DNA from: Vezdaea acicularis
Taxonomy: Eukaryota
Assembly: GCA_026025075.1 (NCBI GenBank)
Contig: JAPEUI010000018.1
Location: forward strand, 124,001 to 188,000
Length of the DNA: 64,000 nucleotides
Direction of reading: 5' to 3'
The notes beneath the pieces were generated by a model. That model made no database searches, was not told the DNA's origin, and saw only the letters and a list, made by a program, of their open reading frames with translations. The first letter of the stretch is position 1. The number at the start of each line of letters is the position of its first letter. Below are positions 12,117 to 24,539 of the stretch, one piece after another. The translations under genes and the position numbers were made by a program.

Positions 12117-13997
12117 TTAGTGCACATGAGAAGTCTTCTGCTTCTTGGCTTGCCTCTGCTGCTTCTTAGCCTCTGCCTCCCGTTTCCTGCGCTTAGCCCC
12201 ATTTAATGGCTTGAAGTTCTGAGTGCCGTCAGCTACCTCATCTTCATCCATCTCTCCCTCTCCCTCGCCTTCCGCTTTCTCCGTGACCTTCAACTTCTTG
12301 GAGGTCTCCCAGTCCTTCATATATGCCCCAGACAGCTGGGGCAGAAGCTCAATCTCAGGATACGACCCTGCGCGATCTGGCAAGCTAGTCAAGCTCGTCA
12401 TGATCCCATCAAGAATTTGTCGGATCTCATCAAAGCTCTTGCCTGGCCCGAAGCGCTGCGTGAGCCAGGTCCATGTGGCTCCGACTAGAAGTGGTGGGTG
12501 AGGCTTGGCGATGCGCTTAGGAGGCAAGGCTTTGCCTGTCTTGGGGCAGATTCTAGGGATAATCGGGGGACCGCTGACAAGGTTGTGGTAGGCGGCGCTA
12601 TCAATGATGGACTGGATGGCTGTTCGGGTCGGGTTCAGTATATTTCTTTCTTTCTTAGAAGCAAAGCTGGGGAAAGGGGAAAGAAATGGAGGAAAGGGGG
12701 AAAATAAAGACCTACACCCTCCGCTAGCCATTGCATCCGCAACAAGCGCATTATACTTGTCCAGTCTGTTCTGCTCGCGCGTCCTGGCTTTAACCTCCCA
12801 GCTCTGAACCACTTGTACTCCCTCTCTTTCCCACAATTCGAGCCGATCGACCATCAAGCGGATAAGCTTGCCCTGCTCTTCCCAGAACGTGCCTTTGAGA
12901 CGATATTCGACGCGCTGGTAGTGCATGCGGCAGTAGGACGGCCAGAAGGAGTCGGGAATTGCAAGGATGCATTTTTTGTTGCGTCCAAAGAAATGCGAGA
13001 CTACTTTTCGCGAGAAGGTGCAAGTTGTGACACAGCCGCTGACTAGGCACTTGGGGTTGAGTATTTGGTTAGAAGGAGCCTCGGATGAGCCGTCAAGGGG
13101 GGTGTCAGTTGAGGTATCGTTCGGAGGAGCCTCGGATGAGCCGTCGGAGGAGGTGTTAGTTGGAGTATTGTTAGGAGGGGCCTCGGATGAGCCGTCGAGG
13201 GGTGTGTCAATTGTAGCATTGTTAGAAGGGGCCTCGGATGAGGCGTCGAGGGAGTTGTCAGGTGGGGTATCGCCAGAAGGTTCGCCAGAAATGCTTTGTT
13301 TAGTAACCAACCGTATCGTTAGATTCACATTAGAGGGCAGGTTGTTGATGCGAAGAGGAACAGCAGCGAGACTGTTGCTGGTGAGAAGTTTCGGGGCTGC
13401 AACGGTTGTGGTGGTCGCGGAAGCCACATCAGCTAGAGCGGTTACCGCCATATCTCCACTCGAAGAGCTTGGGTCGCCCTTTGGTGTAGTTGCTAAATAT
13501 GAGGAGGTGGTATCACGAGTCGAGATAACGAGAGTTGGTATATGTATGGATGGACCAGCTGGAGGGGATATGCGATGCTCGTGAGGCGTGGGAGAAGCTA
13601 ATAACGTACTATCTGAAGTTGCCGGAGATGTCGCTGACGAGCCTGAATCGGCATTTCCGGAAGTAAGAGGTTCACTGTGAGGGTTTCCCCTTCCTTCCAC
13701 AGACGCGCAAACGGCAGGGACATCTGAGTGTGCCTCAGCTCCTCTGGCGCTTCCTCCCAGGCCTATCAATGAATGAGCCGCGTCCATTTCCTCCAGGGAG
13801 CGGTTCCGAAACCCGGCATTGGTTGTCGCCGCTCCATAGGCCGGAACTGGACGCGAGCTTGGTGGACCTTCGAATCTAAGAGGCTCCTGGGTCGACTCGT
13901 TGCCTACGACTTCATTTGAGCCCGGGGCCTCGGTTGATGTCGAAGATGTGGGTGGCACCGGAGTCGGACCATGGTTCAAGAGATCCTTTACGCGCAT
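12117..13997 (-). CDS. Fungal protein with Cys/His conserved domain (ORP1-like) and a long disordered N-terminus; probable in-frame intron near 12620-12715
   Basis: 626-aa ORF. The domain C..C...RKVVSHFFGRNKKC...W..YCRMHYQR..YR and a C-terminal PEIELLP resemble the fungal ORP1-like family (recalled, not searched). Basic NLS-like C-terminus. Confidence 0.65.
   Translation of the reverse strand: MRVKDLLNHGPTPVPPTSSTSTEAPGSNEVVGNESTQEPLRFEGPPSSRPVPAYGAATTNAGFRNRSLEEMDAAHSLIGLGGSARGAEAHSDVPAVCASVEGRGNPHSEPLTSGNADSGSSATSPATSDSTLLASPTPHEHRISPPAGPSIHIPTLVISTRDTTSSYLATTPKGDPSSSSGDMAVTALADVASATTTTVAAPKLLTSNSLAAVPLRINNLPSNVNLTIRLVTKQSISGEPSGDTPPDNSLDASSEAPSNNATIDTPLDGSSEAPPNNTPTNTSSDGSSEAPPNDTSTDTPLDGSSEAPSNQILNPKCLVSGCVTTCTFSRKVVSHFFGRNKKCILAIPDSFWPSYCRMHYQRVEYRLKGTFWEEQGKLIRLMVDRLELWEREGVQVVQSWEVKARTREQNRLDKYNALVADAMASGGCRSLFSPFPPFLSPFPSFASKKERNILNPTRTAIQSIIDSAAYHNLVSGPPIIPRICPKTGKALPPKRIAKPHPPLLVGATWTWLTQRFGPGKSFDEIRQILDGIMTSLTSLPDRAGSYPEIELLPQLSGAYMKDWETSKKLKVTEKAEGEGEGEMDEDEVADGTQNFKPLNGAKRRKREAEAKKQQRQAKKQKTSHVH
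13068..13271 (-). repeat. Four 51-bp coding tandem repeats (17 aa: DTPLDGSSEAPxNx)
   Basis: Unit GTTAGAAGGAGCCTCGGATGAGCCGTC... recurs every 51 bp. Confidence 0.9.
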
Positions 13998-15387
13998 CCT
14001 GCTCTAAATACAAGAAAGTAATGTTGGCACCGTGTCGATATTGATGCTTCAGAGATAGAATCGAGTATGACACTTACCGCACAAGTAGTGAAACCAAGCT
14101 TACGCTGCTGTATGACACGCGTACGCGTGGGGGAGAGGTAAGAAAATAGCTGAGGATGTGAGTAAACTTGATGAAAGATACGTCTTCCAAGGTTTAGCAA
14201 GTCTGTGAGAAGAAGTCTAGATATCCAGTGAATATAGCAGAAGATAAGATATAAGAAGAAGCTGCAGTCTAAAGAAAAGAAAAAGAAACCCATCTAGAGA
14301 GCGTTTGGAGGGGGTTTTATAGTCGTCTGGGAGATCAGTCTTGTTCGAAATTCACTGCGGCGACCTCCATCGCTGCAACAGCAACAGGCGAACCGTGGAC
14401 AGGAGTGAATACAGCAGCCTCTCGTGGTCTGCTTGGTGATAGATGTGAATGGCTTGTGGTTGTGCCTAGACAACATCAGGCAAGCGGCGGACCTTTCCTT
14501 TCGGTTATTGGATGGGAATGATGGTACCCGATCCACCATGAGCACATCCCTAGACGTCGGACTGCATCGCCGAGAGATGAAAGCAGGCAGGCAGTGAGCT
14601 ACTACACCTAATTAGTTTCGTTGGGAAGCTAATGCTTTCCTTGATAGCTTGGAATGGTGCGAGGGAATGGCATGTCGAAGAGTATCGTCAGTAAATGTCG
14701 ACTTTAGCCCTGAATGCAGGATAAGGATCCTTGGTCCTGTTGGGGGTTAGATTCTGATCCGAACGGGCTAATACGTCTTGGGAGAAAGGCACAGAGAGTT
14801 CTAGTCTGGATAGCTATTTGCCCCACACCTCCATGGGGATGTGAAGGCATAAGATATTGCTGCCTTCAGGCCAGATTTGCCGAGTCCGTGGCAGAGTGTT
14901 AATTCACACGCTTCGCTACTGCGTCCTGAAGAGCGCCCAGCTTGGATGATTAGCACTTGTATCTTCGGAATTGGAAGAGTCTTAACGTGCGTTTTCTTCT
15001 ATAATCATTGTCAGTCTAGCCCCCTTTATTGATGTGTCACTTAATATACGGGTCAGTCGAGATCGCGAAGCCATGGTTCGGCTCGCGTAGTACTGGCCGC
15101 TAGCACCCTCGTAGCGAGATCCGACAATCAAGCAGGAGTTTGACTCTAACCTGTTAAAGGAAGTGAGCCACAACAGCTCCGCCACATGCACGCTGACCGA
15201 AATCGTCTCCACTATAGACGCATGTATGTACAAGCCTGTCGACTGCACCTAGATAGTATTCAGTAGTATAGATATATATACAGGTGTGAAGTTTTCGAAC
15301 GAGGCCCACGCTGGACAGATCCCGAACAAGACTACCCCCCGATCTCCATGATTTCGCAGAGAGAACAACAAGCTCGGTTCCGTCAAA

Positions 15388-18300
15388 CTAGACTCCACGG
15401 AACTGTGCATGAATTAGCTCGAGGTTGCGGCGCAGAGAAGCAAGCAGACAGCAGATAGACGACTTACCATTCTAACGACAAGGAACCACATCGCGCCGAC
15501 GAAGCGGAAAAGTGCCAGACCAGCAACGGACCACAAGACAACGCCCATGTAGATGCGCGAGCGTTCGTTCGAGTTGCTCTTGTCGGCTGTGACACGCTCG
15601 ATGCCGGCAGATGCCAAGACCACAGCGACCAGGGCGAAATTGCAGAACATCCAGAAAAGCACGACCGAGGATCGGAATCCCTTGTAGTACGCCTCTTGCT
15701 TGTCTTCAGGTGTTGGTTTCTTGACCTCTTCGACATATGGTGTAGCGAAGGCCATCATCTCCGCATCGAATTGGGCATTTAGGTCGCCAGCATCAGAGGG
15801 GATATTGACATCGATCTTTCCGCCGGGCTTGACGTTCGCAGACGGCAATTCAGGTGGCTTGTCGTCTCCTTTGGTACCCCATGTGATGTCGTGCGTATTG
15901 CAGAAGGCGTATACGTTGAGGATATTGATGTAGGTTGGCGTAAATAGTAGATATTGCACAAACTAGCAGTAGATGAGCACCGACGAATCACTTTTAGGTT
16001 TGAACAACGTACCGAGGTAACCATGTGCCAAGGGTCGAGGAAGAGGATCGAGACCACAATGTAGAGAACATAGGTCGAGAGGAGAGAGACGATTAGGGTG
16101 AAGAAGAGAGTGTTATGGAACAAATCCGAGACACTGAAACCGTTTGAATCGTGAATTTCTGTCTCAATTGATTTGACCGAAATGAAGATCGAAGCAAACA
16201 AGAGGTACCTGGTAGTGTAAGCAAAAGTAGCTGAAGGTAGTTGCAAGGTTTAAACCTACACCATGATAATGGCCCAGAAGTAAACCATGGTTAGATAGAA
16301 TATTTTGGACCCCTTCGGTGTGTTGCCCAATGAGAGCACAAAGCACGTCACTAGAGATGCCAGGTACAGCCACTCGAAGACGACACCTAGAATACTGCCG
16401 GTGGTACCGAGAAGATCCTTGTCCCCCAGCGCTGTGACAAGAATATTGAACACTAAGAAGAAATTGCCCTGGACGAAGAGTTAGCACTCATCACAGCCAG
16501 AATGACCAGGCCGAAGGATCGACTGACAATTGCAAACCACGCAAAAAGCATGCTGATGAGCTGATATACGAATTCAATCATGAAGGCCATTTTCCTTAAG
16601 AAAGTGTGGCCGCTGCGGAAGATTTGGTAGAAATGAGCGAGGGCATAGATGGCAGCAAAGAAACTTCCGTTTAGCCATCTTCGCCGTTGACCGATGAACT
16701 CTGCCAGACCCTCGGGTACGTCGGTCTCTCCAGTCGCAGACTTGACGTATTGCAGGATCCATTGGCAATTCCTCTTGGCAACCAGCTCGAAGCAAAGGAT
16801 TCTGTCTTCGGCAAGGTACATGTTGGCGGTAAAGATGCCAGCATTGGCGCCATGCATCTTCTCACCGGCGAAATACTTGTCCAATGGACCGTTCCCCGTC
16901 TTGTCGTTTTGCAGAGCTACAAAGCGATAGGCGGAGAAAGCACCCGGTAGCACCGTAATGAAGCCAAATGCTGATTCCAAAGGTTTGTCGAGGATGTTGC
17001 TCATCTTGTACTCGAAATTCTGGGTTGCGACCATAGGATTCAATAGCTTCTTGCCTTTCTGCAACATAGCCTTGATCTCACCGCAAGCTCCCGCGCACAT
17101 GGGCTCAATGTCGAAGCACCTCCAAAGTTGGTAGATAGAATCCTTTCCAGGCTTGGTTCCAGCATCGATGAGGACGCAGATATTAGGCTCCAAGACTCGC
17201 CCGAACGCCTGGAAGAACCAACGATGAGAGTTGATCTTCTTTTGGTTCTTTTCTTTCAGGCAGAAGAGCATCTGTACTGGCGTAGCGCCTTTAGGGACTA
17301 CCTTGACAACGCCTTTCTTCCCAATCTCGAGCCCCACTCTTGTTGTGTATTCGTAGATGTGAGCCGTGACGTCCTTGCCGTTGACTTTCTGCTTGCCAAT
17401 GCCATCCTGGTACACACCCATACCTGCAAGAACTGCCCTTGTACGGGGATTAATCTTCGCTCGACCATCACTAATCACACATACAACGATCTTTTTCCAG
17501 GCTTCCTTTCCCCATGTTTTGCTATTCTTGCGCGAGTTCATATGAGCTATATTCTTGAGGACACCAGTCATCGTACGGGCAAAGAGTTCGTCCTCCTCGT
17601 TGTACATGGTGACGGCAATGAAAAGCTCTGTCTGTCGCGGTTTTGCAAAAAGCCTCTGGCGTAGGGTGAAGCGTTCATCAAAGAAGTCGGCAGGGTCGCA
17701 CGTGGCCGCAGAATATCGCATATGTGTGAACTCATCGCGACCAGTGGGCTTGGGGTCGTACATGTTCAGCAATTTCGGAGGCACTGGACAGTCCAGAACA
17801 AGATTCCCATCAAACAATTGTACTTCCTTCACCGTCTTCCAGCGCTTGATTGGTGCAGGGGTTGGTGCGGCTGCTACTTCTACATCATCTTGATATTCCG
17901 CCTCCAAGTCTTCCGTGTGAGGGTCAGGACCGTACGGGTTTGCGTTCTGGAGAATAGGTTCATGATCGTCGTCATAGTATTCGGTCTGGTTGTATGTTGA
18001 GTATTGGGACAGCGATTGACCATCACCATGTACTGGAGAAGGGTTATAATGGTCGTTGTAGTACGAGTCACGACGTGATTCATGCTCGCCACCATATCCA
18101 GGTCGGTTGTGATAATCGCCACCTCGAACGGGATGGCTAGCTTCATAGGTTTCGTTGTGTCCATATGAAGTATTGATATTCTCTACAGAGTACTATCAGA
18201 GATGAAGGTTAGTTCGATCACTCCCTGTCGCAGACTGCTCCTACGCATTCGACTGGATGGAAATAGTACCAAGGAGACTTACTGATGGTTGAGCGGCAAG

Positions 18301-18889
18301 CCGGTCACTCGAAGCATTGGCTCCTAATGGACCCATAGGAATATCTAGCCTTCCTGTCGATTGAATTGGGGAGACTATAGGTCGTGCTGGATCGTCTCTT
18401 AATTCGTAACCCTGGCCTCCATATTGGGGCGAAGGGACTCGACCGCCTGGACGCCGAGGATCCATCGCGGGGTGATGTTCTTCGTCGTCGTGCTCGTTGG
18501 CACCGGCGAAATCTAGAAAAGAGGAATCACTGATTAGAAATTTGATGTGCTGTGAAAACGATTGCGGTGAAGTAAAGCGTCTTCAGAAAATGAACGCTCA
18601 TTGAATTCGAAGTCAACAGGAGACTTGCTGCAGCTCTTTCTAGGCCGGCGCCAATCGATGATATATGATGCGAATGATATCTGCGTTGGTACCGCGCGTA
18701 CGCAGGTTGGTTCGTGCGCGCCGGTGGTACCATAGAAGTACGTGCACAGTTCCCGAAATAGCACGAACAGCAAACGAATATACGCCTTGAAGCAAGAATT
18801 TACAATGAAGAGGGCATAGCAACGAAGCCCATGACGCAGAAAAGCACGCAGAGAGTTCAATGAAACTCACCGAGGCGGTTGTAGGACAT
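15388..18889 (-). CDS. Chitin synthase, class I (multi-exon)
   Basis: Motifs [39 protein letters not shown] and QRRRWLNG. First micro-exon MSYNRL (18889-18871). C-terminus ...VRM|FRGV*. Confidence 0.96.
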
Positions 18890-20390
18890 GTCGGACGACC
18901 TGCCAAGAGCCCCTTTGTGGGGGAAGTCAACAGTTGGGGATCGGCACCGAGCAATCAGCGAGCGAGAGGCGCTTGGAATTTCCGATGTGTGAAACGCGCG
19001 GACCCCTGAATACTGACGACCTTCGACCACGCCAGAAAAGAGTGGTGAGAAGAATAGTCTGAAGTGAGGTGAAAGGAAGGGAAGAAATGGAGGATAACAA
19101 GGCTGAAGGGAAGAAGGGAGTTCGGTGTAAGACCCCAATGCTCTCTACGGGACCTTGGTGCCAAGTGCAGATTCGGGGGTTCTAGGTCGCCAAGCCAGCA
19201 AATAGACTCCGTCGCCTCGGTTTCTCTGTTGTGAGAGTAACTAGAGGTAGCAACCACGACTGCACGACGGCATCACAACGGGCTGAGGAGTATTTGCAGG
19301 TTTACAATCCGTTAAGAGGTGAATACGAACATGCGGGACATATATCAATCATGCCCTTTCGTCGCATGTCACCAGCCGCCTCAATGCGGCTATGGGACGC
19401 TGCGCACTTTGATGCCAAAGTGGCTGTAGCGCTGACCCGAAGCGACTGGGGGCTAACCGCGCTCGGCTTAGCGCGTCCGGTGCTGGTGCGCGCTTGGCGT
19501 CCGACCTTGTTCTCGACCGCTCAGCCGCACTCGACGCGTACCGGACTGCCTCGCCGTGTTCGGGATACTTTCTCATTGCCCGTCTGCCTCGACCAAAAAT
19601 AAAGTCGCTGATTTGCGTCAACACGATCCAAAGCTTCGGCAGATTGCGAGAATCTACAAGGCGGTAAGTGGAGGCTGGTCGAAGCTTTCCAATGCAGCGG
19701 AGCATGTGACCCCTCCCGGAGCAATTGACGGAAGGATGCGTTGTCTATCAGAGCAGCTTGATGTAGCATGAGGCAGCCTCAAAGAAGGAATGCACAGAAG
19801 CTCTTGATAATGTGCCAAAGATGGAGCTAGAAAAAATCGGCATGGCTAGGAAGAATAGAGAATAGGCTGCGCGGCCTTGGAAATATATCACCATTAGATG
19901 CAACTTTTGAATAAAAGTTATTGGCAAGAACTTTTGCAGGGTCAATTACGACGTAGGTATTTGAACAGGGCATAGCAACGAGAAGACAGTAATTTCTCAC
20001 GAAAAGACCTCCCCGATAGTGCCCATCTTGAGACTGAACAAGAATTCAAGATTATCAGGTCGATAAATCCTTGCAGCGACATGTCATGATCCAAGCTCAG
20101 ACTTTCGAGATCTTGCTTTACCTTATGACTTAGTCGAATATGCTAAGGAAATAATGGGAGAACTCTCAGGCTTTGCTTTTAGGATTCTATACCCAAAAGT
20201 TCGGTCAATGTGGACAACGCCTTTTTATTCAGTGCTGGAACAGGAATCGGTTGATTGTTCTAATATCCACCGCGCCAGTACCTCTTATCGCATCGCTTCT
20301 ATCCCAGCAGGAAGGGCGGCTGGACCCGCTTCAGTCGCGCCCCTGGAGTGAACTGGTCCCAAACTCCTATGGCAAGTTCAGTGTTGTATA

Positions 20391-21654
20391 TCAATTGGAA
20401 GTCGAGCCGTCTAAAGTGGAAGGAGACGTGGGTGAAACTGCCTGTGTGTATCCAGGTGGGTTTGACGTTGATTCCATTCCATCCAAGATCATGGAATCTA
20501 CGTCAAACATAAGCTCATCCATGGGAGCTGGTTGGACCTATGTTCAGCCGTTAACATTCTTTCGAAAGATTCGAAGACTACTTAATACGTCTTTGAGGCA
20601 GAGATACCTGATAGAATCGATAGAAGTCATGGCTTGGAAAGAGATATCGGCAAGCAGGAAGTTTCTTTATTGTAAAAAGAATGCGACCTTCTTGGTTGCT
20701 ACCACATGCCATATTAAGCCATTCCTGCATGTTTTCGTTTTCTTGAATACGGGCATGCCCGAAATCGATTTGCACGGGTTGTAATTTTGAATCGGCGTGC
20801 TCGCGCAATAGCCAATCTCTTGCAACGGAATCACGATTGATAACTCCAAGCCTGGCAATCTTATGCAGTATTGACAACGTAGCCTGATAGATCTTATGAA
20901 ATTCTGTTGGAGGAAGGTGTCGCGCAACGTCCTCCAGGCTTTGTCCATCAATATACTCAAGCAGAAGAGCACCGCAAGGGAGGGAAACAATATCAGATGG
21001 CTTTCCAGGGGCATCAATCATCATGGCAGCATACATGATAGGTATTTCTTTGCCCTGAATTGAGCGAAGACGGTCATAGGCAGTATGTTCCTTACTCCAA
21101 TCATTTAAGACCGCATGTTGAAGTATTGCTTCGTCAGCCCATGCTTGTGCTCCTTCCGACAATGGGTCTACCTCTTCTTCGTCATCAGCTTCGTCTTGGT
21201 CTTCGTCTTCGTCTTCGCCTTCATCTTCGCCTTCGTCGAGATTGCTTGTTGAAAATGCAGCATCCCAACCCTTTGCAACAAGGGACTGATAGTGGCGCTC
21301 CAGCACTAAAGTGTAGTTGCCAGCTTTTTGATAATCACGATAATTATGACTGTATCGACGATCGTAGATCTTCAGTATTGCTTGCTCTGGAAAATTTGTG
21401 AAGGCATTTGAGACGTCGTTGATGGTAACTAGCAAAACAACAGCCACAGTAATTGGCCAGACCCTTTTAATGGTGACATTTGCATACCAAAGTGAAGACG
21501 ATTCCAGTTGAAGACGAAGAGTCTGGTCGATGCGATATGGATACTCAGGTACTGAATCCATATCATAGGAGTGAAGTTGCAAGGTGAGGGCCCCAATAGC
21601 TAACGTGGTAACTTTTTCAATAGGGTTTGGATCAACACGTTCACTCTTGAACAA
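20391..21654 (-). CDS. Atypical protein-kinase-like protein; probable last exon 20391-20538
   Basis: Motifs ILKIYDRR, E..AY.RL..IQG..IP, LLEYIDG, GVINRD and IDFG.A. A GTATCT..CATAG intron after YRFYQ extends the frame to a stop at 20391. The start is uncertain (first ATG at 21561). Confidence 0.75.
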
Positions 21655-21840
21655 GGATGAAATTGTAGAATGTTATAAGTTGAAAGTTGACTGAGCAGGT
21701 AAAGCCGTAGACGGCAAGTTATAGAGGGAAGGAAGCATGGAGTGGATCTGAATCCTCACTTCCCGCAGGTACTGCTGTGTCATTCAACAAACGCAGACAG
21801 TCAGCATTAGCATAACACAAGGTTGTATAAGTTATTCTAA

Positions 21841-22060
21841 TGAAGCGGTGGATAAGATTGAGCGCGCATCAAACGGGGCTTTCCCCATAGCTTAAAGCTT
21901 CACCCACGAAAGTACAAAACGGCAGCGCCGGGCAGCAGACATAACCCGGAGTATAATAATCCAAAAGGAGTAAGGAGTAACTTAGTACTATCGAGCTAAT
22001 ACTAAGAATATTCATCATTGATTGCTAACGATCTCGGAACTGCTGAAAGTAACGCATGTC
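21841..22060 (+). mobile_element. MITE family A copy 3 (more diverged, 3'-truncated)
   Basis: Begins TGAAGCGGTGGATAAGATTGA and is colinear with copy 4 up to CTGAAAGTAACGCAT, where copy 4 starts. Confidence 0.8.
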
Positions 22061-22332
22061 CGAAGCGGTGGACAAAATTGATAGCGCATTAAACGGGTTT
22101 TCCCCTATAGCTAATTGCTCCACAGTCGAAGGCACAAACCAACCCTGCCAGTCTGTGGGCATAGCCGGCAGCATGATAGTCCAAGAGGAGTAAGGGCGTA
22201 GTACTATTGAGCTGATACTAGGAATAACCATAATCAATTGCGACGATCTCGGCACTGCTGAAAGTAACGCATACTGATGGGTAAATATGCCCACTATTCG
22301 CTTATGCGTCATCAATTTTGTCCCCCGCTTCG
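22061..22332 (+). mobile_element. MITE family A copy 4 (272 bp)
   Basis: TIR CGAAGCGGTGGACAAAATTGAT ... ATCAATTTTGTCCCCCGCTTCG. Confidence 0.88.
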
Positions 22333-22995
22333 TTAGCGCTCGAATTTGCCTGCTCTTTTAGATACGTTCAACGCCTACCGTATGGCGTATATGCCTCGAC
22401 TGCTCAGCAGCCTTCACTATACCCAACAAAGGGTCCTTGTCCTTGAGGATCTGCTAGCACTACCAATAGCTTCACTTTGCTCATGTCTATTGGAGTCTAC
22501 CTGCAAAGAACTTTCGGACACGGCCAGGTAGGCTGTCAAGCGCTGTAGCTTTCCGTCTGTGATAGCTTTCGGAGACTTTTCGCGCAACTTGGCTGGCGGA
22601 ACGGATGCAGCTCGGCGTTCAGCTCTTCGCACCGGCAGAGCAATGACGCAAGTTTTCCTACATGAAAACTTACTAGACCAACAGCCTTCCTAGAAATCCG
22701 TACGCTTTGGGCTCCTATGAGATGCACGCCCATGCTAGGGGACAGATGACTCATGGGGATTGGCGATAGGGAAGATCCCGGGAGAATAATCGCGCCGACC
22801 TTATGCGTTTTTTGGCCATTCCATGACTGAGCTCGCGAGATACTTTTATAATTATCTCCCTCCCTTTCGTTTCATTTCTCAGATAATTCACTAGTCATTT
22901 GCTGAGTCTAAGCCAGAGCTCTTAGAGGAGTTGGTCCGAAGACAAAGTCCTGGACGTAAAAATTATACGGTGTAATTTTGATTGTATTGCTACGC

Positions 22996-24327
22996 ATGAT
23001 GGCGAACTCTTCAGTTTTTCCATTCTCTCTAACTCCAATCGACCAAATCATGCCACCCGCATATTCTCGAATCATCCTTGCCTTCCCAATTCACGGAGCG
23101 GATGATGTTCCAAAGGTGGAACAGACCCTCAGCGCTGGACTCACTAGATTGGTGCAGCAGATTCCCCAATTTTCTGGAAAGCTCGTTCTACAGAAGGGCG
23201 GACGACTAGAGGTACACGAGCATGTCGTCCCAAAGCTAGTGGTCTCACATCTTAAGGACTTCCCAACTTTCCAGGAACTACAGGCTGGCAAATTCCCAAT
23301 GTCTCAGCTTTCCGAAGACCTCACACCCATCGGCTCTATGCCAGGGCCGGACGTCCTCTTACCCACATTGGCGGTTCAGGCAAACTTCATCAGTGGTGGT
23401 CTCTTACTCTGCTTCTGCGTTCATCATGCGCTGATGGATGGATCTGCTTACGAGACATCACTCAAAATCTGGGCTAGAGCCTGCCAGCCTGATGATGACC
23501 AGGAAGCCAACGAATTGCCAACAAGCAGATCGGAAGACAAAGAGTTGCTGACCAAGGGTGGCCGCTTAGATCCAAGTATGGCCACGCCTGCATACACCAT
23601 TTATGAGACGCTTGAACTCAAGTTGGCGGCCTCGATGGCTCCGTTCAAAAATGGCATTCCACCAATGACTGCGTGTATTTTTCGATTTTCTCTTTCCTCT
23701 CTGTCTAAGCTGAAACAAGACGCAACGATTGACGGCTCTCGAGTTTCTACAAACGATGCTGTCAGTGCTTTGCTCTGGATCACCATCAGTGCTATTCGAG
23801 CAGCTCGTGTCGAAAACGACGACAAAGAAATCTCCAAGCTTGGCATGGCCGTCGATGGACGCTCACGTACAATACCGAAGTTGGCACCGGAATATCTTGG
23901 CAACGTAAATATCTATAGCCTGGCCGCCATGTCATTCTCAGACTTGACGCCATCGAACCTTGGAAATGTTGCCAAAGAGATTCGCCGTTCCGTCTCGCAG
24001 ATTGATGATCGCCACATTCGAAATGTTATAGCCGTGATAGATAGTCTGTCCGAGGTTCGAACACTGGCACCCTCTTTTCAAACATTCGGGAAAGACCTCG
24101 CGATTACATCGTGGTCCAAGCTGGGGCTTTATCAAACCGAGTGGGGTATACTCGGGCGCCCAGTAGCGGTGAGGATGCCAAAGGCTGCATTTGATGGATT
24201 GGCCATTGTACTGCCACAGTTGCCAGATGGTACCTTGGAGGTGCTAGTAGGCTTGAGAGAAGATGATATGCAACTCATAAGGGTTGATGAGACGTTCGGA
24301 AAATATGCAACGTTCTGCTGCCAATAG
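22996..24327 (+). CDS. CoA-dependent O-acyltransferase (Tri101/BAHD-like transferase family), intronless
   Basis: N-terminal LTPIDQIMP, QANFISGGLLL...HHALMDG (HxxxD), VSTNDAVSALLW, AVDGRSR, YLGN and a TSW...TEWG (DFGWG-like) motif. Confidence 0.9.
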   Translation: MMANSSVFPFSLTPIDQIMPPAYSRIILAFPIHGADDVPKVEQTLSAGLTRLVQQIPQFSGKLVLQKGGRLEVHEHVVPKLVVSHLKDFPTFQELQAGKFPMSQLSEDLTPIGSMPGPDVLLPTLAVQANFISGGLLLCFCVHHALMDGSAYETSLKIWARACQPDDDQEANELPTSRSEDKELLTKGGRLDPSMATPAYTIYETLELKLAASMAPFKNGIPPMTACIFRFSLSSLSKLKQDATIDGSRVSTNDAVSALLWITISAIRAARVENDDKEISKLGMAVDGRSRTIPKLAPEYLGNVNIYSLAAMSFSDLTPSNLGNVAKEIRRSVSQIDDRHIRNVIAVIDSLSEVRTLAPSFQTFGKDLAITSWSKLGLYQTEWGILGRPVAVRMPKAAFDGLAIVLPQLPDGTLEVLVGLREDDMQLIRVDETFGKYATFCCQ

Positions 24328-24539
24328 CTGTTTTCCCAACTTATTATATATGTAGTTGGAAGACTAGAATCAGTGCATTATTTCATTCTCTGTCCCACAA
24401 ATAAGCTATGTGGATGCCCCTGGACTACTGCTTCATTTTGCCACAGCTATTAGTGCAGTGTGCCAAGTGGTCAAGTTCCCTGAACACCAACGCCATTACA
24501 ACCAAAAGCCTATAAGAGGTATTGAGACTACACTACATA

